NCBI GenBank assembly: GCA_031268675.1
Contig: JAIRWY010000055.1
Location: 10,155-74,154, forward strand
DNA length: 64,000 nucleotides
Source: Candidatus Ancillula glyptotermitis
GTDB taxonomy: Bacteria > Actinomycetota > Actinomycetes > Actinomycetales > Bifidobacteriaceae
Direction: 5' to 3'
The notes beneath the pieces are model-generated. The model did not search any database and had not been told where the DNA came from. It worked only from the letters and a program-made list of their open reading frames with translations. Below, piece after piece: positions 63,001 through 64,000 of this stretch (position 1 is the stretch's first letter; every line of letters starts with the position of its first letter). A program made the position numbers and the translations under genes.

Positions 63001-64000
63001 CGTTTAGTGAACCTTATCATACAGCATACTTGCCAAATGTTCCAACAGGTGCAAATATTCATCAAGGTGTAGAAGTTTCTGGTCATGAAAAGACTTCAGT
63101 TGTTATTGACAATATAACATTTAACTATAGCGGAACACACCTAAGCGAGAAGTACGTTGAAGAATGTACAACATTTGGTGGAGCAACTTGCATAACTTGG
63201 ACAAAGGTTACAAGTAATATAGAATATGCGCAAGATCAAACAACTAGTAAAGGCAAGTTCACAATTACAGGACTTGAAGAGAATTCTAAACATGAATATA
63301 GAGTTGTAGAAAAGTCTATAGCAGGAGAAACTCCAAGTGAAGGTATGACAATTGAGTTAGCGGCTGGACCGACAAGCCCAGAAAGTGCACCAATAGTTAC
63401 TCAAACAGGAGTTGGAAATGCAAGAGTTGTATCTGAGCCGTTTGCATCTGCATTCTCTCCGATTTTGTACCAAGTGAAGTATTGCCAAGTCCAAAACGAA
63501 CAAGGAGATGGATGTGTAGATATTGAGTCAACAACTGCATCAACAGTAACAGATTCACATGATGAAAATTACGGCAAGGTCAAGGCAAATATTACAGGAC
63601 TAGAAGCAAATAAGTACTACAAGTTCTGGATAACTGCAACAAATGTAGTAGGTTCAACTGATGGTTTGACAACTATAAGTAAGACTCTTAGGGTCGTAAA
63701 GCCAGTTTATGCACCAACTGCTCCAGTTATTTTGCCAAGTGAAGAATCGCTAGTCCAAGTTGAGTCTGATGTTAAATCACAGCTAGTGGTAAGATTTACT
63801 ATACAAGATGAAACTGACAACGATGAGTTAGAGCATCTAGTTCATGTTTATAATGCTAGTGATGAAGAAATTTCCTTGCTTGAGACTGCTGCAACGTGTA
63901 TAGGACGTAATGCTGGTTCTTTCTGCACAGCAACAATTTCTGGACTAAATCTTGGGGAAGTTTACAAGTTCAAGGCTGAAGTTAAGGTTGCTGATTCAGA
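1..64000 (+). CDS. Internal fragment of a single giant ORF with both ends outside the window. It encodes a repetitive extracellular fibre/adhesin-like protein: GLUG beta-helix modules, then an Ig-like junction, then an Fn3/Ig-like array
   Basis: Frame +3 (codons start at positions divisible by 3) gives 21,332 sense codons from nt 3 to 63,998. Codon-by-codon hand translation at more than 25 places gives stop-free, domain-like sequence in the same phase. These include nt 3-1,920, 28,141-29,640, 32,581-36,300, 45,001, 50,041, 60,121-60,420 and 63,661-64,000. The first in-frame ATG is at nt 90, so any later in-frame stop would have produced a listed + ORF. None of the 39 listed + ORFs is in frame 3 (38 are frame 1, one is frame 2, maximum 118 aa). 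The longest - strand ORF is 190 aa. Recognisable protein motifs (GLUG, Fn3, glycine-rich domain) occur throughout. Confidence 0.96.
3..1568 (+). repeat. GLUG beta-helix module M0 (head truncated by the window start)
   Basis: The window opens at the end of a head ('NIGLFGS', nt 9-29). GLUG rungs follow, e.g. 'NVGTGGLVG' at nt 264-290, plus 'VSGGLVG', 'VAGGLVG' and 'IVGGLVG'. The C-cap is 'GWDF' at nt 1,479-1,490 and 'YPKLAW' at nt 1,548-1,565. Confidence 0.7.
1833..3515 (+). repeat. GLUG beta-helix module M1 (head, rungs, C-cap)
   Basis: Head 'GGGTGQASNPFKIRTAKDLDNLHRFFG' starts at nt 1,833. The C-cap is 'GWDFEW' at nt 3,402-3,419 and 'IMPQLYW' ending at nt 3,515. Confidence 0.7.
3555..5201 (+). 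repeat. GLUG beta-helix module M2
   Basis: Head 'DGGSGTNADPYRIATAQQLDNLHKYLG' starts at nt 3,555. 'GWEPIG' is at nt 3,804-3,821. The C-cap 'DAPWTIDNGKDRPRLAW' ends at nt 5,201. Confidence 0.7.
5376..7334 (+). repeat. GLUG beta-helix module M3
   Basis: Head 'GTDTIPCLITTPEQFDDLH' starts at nt 5,376. 'WDPIG' is at nt 5,565-5,579. The C-cap 'RRPVWHAFEDEHASPILDW' ends at nt 7,334. Confidence 0.7.
7554..9188 (+). repeat. GLUG beta-helix module M4
   Basis: Head 'DGSSTKPFTIRTEQELWQMRLF' starts at nt 7,554. 'WDPIA' is at nt 7,830-7,844. The C-cap 'KIPIFYW' ends at nt 9,188. Confidence 0.7.
9375..11492 (+). repeat. GLUG beta-helix module M5
   Basis: Head 'TGTAEDPCKITSAEDL' starts at nt 9,375. 'WDPIG' is at nt 9,531-9,545. 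Rungs include 'GGFVG' near nt 10,560 and 10,640. The C-cap 'NWDIGPGETHIWNKQDGKLPVLSW' ends at nt 11,492. Confidence 0.7.
11679..13343 (+). repeat. GLUG beta-helix module M6
   Basis: Head 'GNDEHPCVISTPKQLQSINKF' starts at nt 11,679. 'EWLPIG' is at nt 11,967-11,984. The C-cap 'TWDFDPQAGKSARLFW' ends at nt 13,343. Confidence 0.7.
13494..15980 (+). repeat. GLUG beta-helix module M7
   Basis: Head 'GWSSANPCLIRNVKEFNQLRLF' starts at nt 13,494. 'WDPIG' is at nt 13,680-13,694. The C-cap 'KPKWFIKDGQMNHPHLWW' ends at nt 15,980. Confidence 0.7.
16185..18509 (+). repeat. GLUG beta-helix module M8
   Basis: Head 'GWTEDNPCLVSTQKELDEVRYF' starts at nt 16,185. 'GWLPIG' is at nt 16,422-16,439. Rungs are mostly GGI[VAI]G, e.g. 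'VVGGIVG' near nt 17,170. The C-cap 'RPTWVMPAEGQGYPRLAW' ends at nt 18,509. Confidence 0.7.
18747..20708 (+). repeat. GLUG beta-helix module M9 (degenerate head)
   Basis: Head 'TGTGGNGTSQNPFEVANVVDLDHMRYF' starts at nt 18,747. I found no clear W-x-P-I-G equivalent in this head. The C-cap 'SPWQKNDGFNQNLPYLYW' ends at nt 20,708. Confidence 0.6.
20859..23273 (+). repeat. GLUG beta-helix module M10
   Basis: Head 'GESWKNPCVVETIADLNVMKLY' starts at nt 20,859. GGF[VA]G rungs include 'IGGFVG' near nt 21,687 and 'VGGFAG' near nt 21,770. The C-cap 'NWDTSYSL...KMPTWYIDPTFASIP' is weaker than in other modules and ends near nt 23,273. Confidence 0.55.
23382..26264 (+). repeat. GLUG beta-helix module M11 (longest, about 960 aa)
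   Basis: Head 'GNGNAGYEIRDLQELSNLRYF' starts at nt 23,382. 'GWSPIG' is at nt 23,580-23,597. The C-cap 'NFGMPMLGW' ends at nt 26,264. Confidence 0.65.
26394..28016 (+). repeat. GLUG beta-helix module M12
   Basis: Head 'GSAQNPCLVGDPYELDNVRYF' starts at nt 26,394. 'GWHPIG' is at nt 26,631-26,648. The C-cap 'HPNWYADLTRHAYPMLGW' ends at nt 28,016. Confidence 0.7.
28584..29530 (+). other. Glycine-rich domain of the ALK/LTK type (Pfam Gly_rich-like), nested in module M13
   Basis: Verified translation reads 'YSQNFSYKNAAQTFTAPESGDYSLEVWGAQGG...LGGNGGYAKGKIHLTAGQNLYVYTGQN...GKKGGGAGGGASDIRV...LYSRIIVAGGGGGHASD...GGVGGGTSGGAGG...GRGGSQTGGGQFG...YFGGGGGGGWYGGGGGASYG...TGGGGGSGYV...GHAGNGAARIIQL'. The order of the blocks (F-T-A-P-x-x-G-x-Y-x-L-E-V-W-G-A-x-G-G start, GGGA-S-D-I-R, R-I-I-V-A-G-G-G-G-G, poly-Gly-W/Y-Y-G-G-G, G-N-G-x-x-x-I end) matches what I remember of this family. 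Confidence 0.7.
29709..29729 (+). repeat. In-frame (TCT)7 microsatellite encoding Ser7
   Basis: Read directly as tct x7, translating '...SQNT-SSSSSSS-DAIKVGVGGFAG'. Confidence 0.9.
30753..32660 (+). repeat. GLUG beta-helix module M14 (last one)
   Basis: Head 'GAGTQTDPCIVVNAKQLDSIHDW' starts at nt 30,753. 'GWSPVG' is at nt 31,032-31,049. Rungs are GG[VI]IG, e.g. 'RVGGVIG' near nt 31,285. The terminal cap 'GISMPYLRSF' ends near nt 32,660. Confidence 0.65.
31869..31886 (+). repeat. In-frame (TAC)5-TAT microsatellite encoding Tyr6
   Basis: Read directly as tac x5 followed by tat, translating 'GDS-YYYYYY-RFTSYRLY'. Confidence 0.9.
32847..33194 (+). other. MBG-like adhesin stalk domain (tentative)
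   Basis: 'PTFTISGTGAKQARENIGSGSHFDIIKGSGTDPNGVLAYEENGPNEQIVNAGTYSIAGGSL...NAYQSYVLANKNPYYQASFDFTKFYEVKQIPAKLEIK'. The pattern '...AGTY-x-I ... N-Y ... x-I-x-P-A-x-L-x-I' resembles MBG domains of large bacterial surface proteins. This is recognition by eye only. Confidence 0.4.
34278..34635 (+). other. YDG-like domain (tentative)
   Basis: 'DRKELTVTGAIADRQYNGKTNADWAGGRYPSLQGLVAGTDQVEINQPVPTFVDPATGDGKHVYL...GKDAHNYMVTQPSAFSASI'. It follows the L-T-V-T-G-x-x-A-x-[DK]-[RK]-x-Y-[DN]-G-x-T-x-A and G-L-V-x-G-D-x-V layout typical of YDG domains. Confidence 0.45.
35835..36248 (+). other. First Fn3 domain of the array (fully hand-translated exemplar)
   Basis: 'PDEPKDLQVMQLLNGSNEGEVSAVITWKGAQAQELANKSNTILKYNLQMKTVEAEQWTDISALIPPCTSSCDAQTDFRLEIYNTEEYGSGSQITLNSGTDYVFRVRANNEIQGTGYPSAVNDGVGDGPWATTSFKTFS'. 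Confidence 0.8.
35835..53915 (+). repeat. Array of about 45 consecutive fibronectin type III (Fn3) domains, mutually divergent at the DNA level
   Basis: The Fn3 signature P-x-x-P...W...Y-x-[VIL]-x-Y...W...L-x-P/G-x-x-Y-x-[FV]-x-[VI]-x-A recurs every ~100-150 aa. Verified F-strand examples are 'DYVFRVRANN' (nt 36,132-36,161), 'AYRFRVQAVN' (~39,426), 'KYRFWVASYS' (~48,150), 'EYRFRVLAAP' (~51,291) and 'TYKFRIKATS' (~53,835). The domain count is by eye and was not computed. Confidence 0.85.
53916..55235 (+). repeat. Divergent proto-unit of the super-repeat (Ig-like domain followed by about 3 Fn3-like domains)
   Basis: It starts 'AGTFDLDW...'. The Ig-like head contains 'FSYKLADAY'. The 17-mer ctataaactagcagatg at nt 53,984-54,000 recurs exactly 1,320 nt later at nt 55,304-55,320. 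Confidence 0.55.
55236..56777 (+). repeat. Second divergent proto-unit (Ig-like domain followed by Fn3-like domains)
   Basis: It starts 'ASDFSIAWVDGPVQTGPGTIKYSYKLADGY', which is the same head motif as the unit at nt 53,916. Confidence 0.55.
56778..59099 (+). repeat. Seven-domain super-repeat, copy 1 (Ig-A, Fn3-a, Fn3-b, Ig-B, Fn3-c, Fn3-d, Fn3-e; about 774 aa)
   Basis: It starts 'AGNFNLEQVGNVSQ'. By-eye domain borders are at about nt 57,111, 57,471, 57,819, 58,111, 58,431 and 58,771. It shares near-identical DNA tracts with copies 2 and 3 (see findings). Confidence 0.75.
59100..61385 (+). repeat. Seven-domain super-repeat, copy 2
   Basis: It starts 'AGPLTITSTTPVQTNAGELKFSYKL'. Ig-B was verified at nt 60,130-60,410: 'AGPIPIKWSSAPAKNAAGNLTFTFSIDTYKGWDKDDVAYEVTVDGQPLTCEASGNGQTCTK...HTIHVHATGK'. 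Confidence 0.75.
61386..63690 (+). repeat. Seven-domain super-repeat, copy 3
   Basis: It starts 'AGNFAITNGTIAQTASDK'. It contains a 55-nt tract (62,538-62,592) identical to nt 60,261-60,315 in copy 2. Confidence 0.75.
63691..64000 (+). other. Partial Fn3 domain (Fn3-c type) running off the 3' end of the window
   Basis: 'VVKPVYAPTAPVILPSEESLVQVESDVKSQLVVRFTIQDETDNDELEHLVHVYNASDEEISLLETAATCIGRNAGSFCTATISGLNLGEVYKFKAEVKVADS'. The frame is still open at nt 64,000. Confidence 0.65.

Noticed and set aside
56778-63690. The regular ~2.3-kb periodicity as a CRISPR array, satellite DNA or mobile-element repeats.
   Set aside because: The units are far too long and too divergent for CRISPR repeats, and they have no spacer structure. 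They are in frame and map onto protein domain borders. I saw no transposase or terminal inverted repeats.
1-64000. A giant NRPS/PKS megasynthase, an Rhs/polymorphic toxin, or a eukaryotic titin-like gene.
   Set aside because: The translations show no condensation, adenylation, ketosynthase or carrier-protein motifs and no YD repeats. The sequence is uninterrupted by introns, and GLUG/MBG/YDG-type modules are bacterial surface-protein elements.
1-64000. A pseudogene, or use of an alternative genetic code (e.g. TGA recoded).
   Set aside because: There are no in-frame stops under the standard code. Conserved Trp positions (WDPIG, GWDF, YP-x-L-x-W) are all encoded by TGG, so no recoding needs to be invoked. 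There are also no frameshifts.
1-64000. Very frequent N-x-S/T sequons, which might suggest HMW1C-like or other N-glycosylation of the adhesin.
   Set aside because: The protein is so rich in Asn, Ser and Thr that a high sequon count is expected by chance. I did not compute observed versus expected counts, so no enrichment can be claimed.

Overview
All 64,000 nt lie inside one uninterrupted + strand reading frame. It is frame 3: first full codon nt 3-5, last nt 63,996-63,998, 21,332 sense codons, with no start and no stop in the window. The window is therefore an internal slice of a giant gene longer than 64 kb. The supplied ORF track does not list this frame because neither end is present. Every listed ORF (190 aa or shorter) is out of frame or antisense to it. 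The encoded polypeptide has three parts. (1) nt 1-32,660 holds 15 tandem GLUG-motif parallel beta-helix modules of about 540-960 aa. Each has a conserved head (G-x-G...[DN]-P-[FCY]-x-[IV] ... W-x-P-I-G ... F-x-G-x-[FL]-[DN]-G ... GLFG), a run of GG[LFIV][VIA]G rungs, and a C-cap (GWDF ... W ... YP-x-L-x-W). Module 13 carries a nested ALK/LTK-type glycine-rich domain of about 315 aa (nt 28,584-29,530). (2) nt 32,661-35,834 is a short, heterogeneous Ig-like junction with MBG-like and YDG-like domains. (3) nt 35,835-64,000 holds roughly 75 Fn3/Ig-like domains by eye. The last 7 kb is organised as a ~2.3-kb seven-domain super-repeat (Ig-Fn3-Fn3-Ig-Fn3-Fn3-Fn3) with near-identical DNA tracts between copies. 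I could not support any rRNA, tRNA, CRISPR array, mobile element, intergenic region, promoter or terminator. The DNA is AT-rich (about 40% GC on the lines I counted) and the standard genetic code is sufficient. The domain repertoire looks bacterial, but the taxon cannot be assigned from the sequence alone. All domain calls come from hand translation and motif recognition; no HMM or database search was run.
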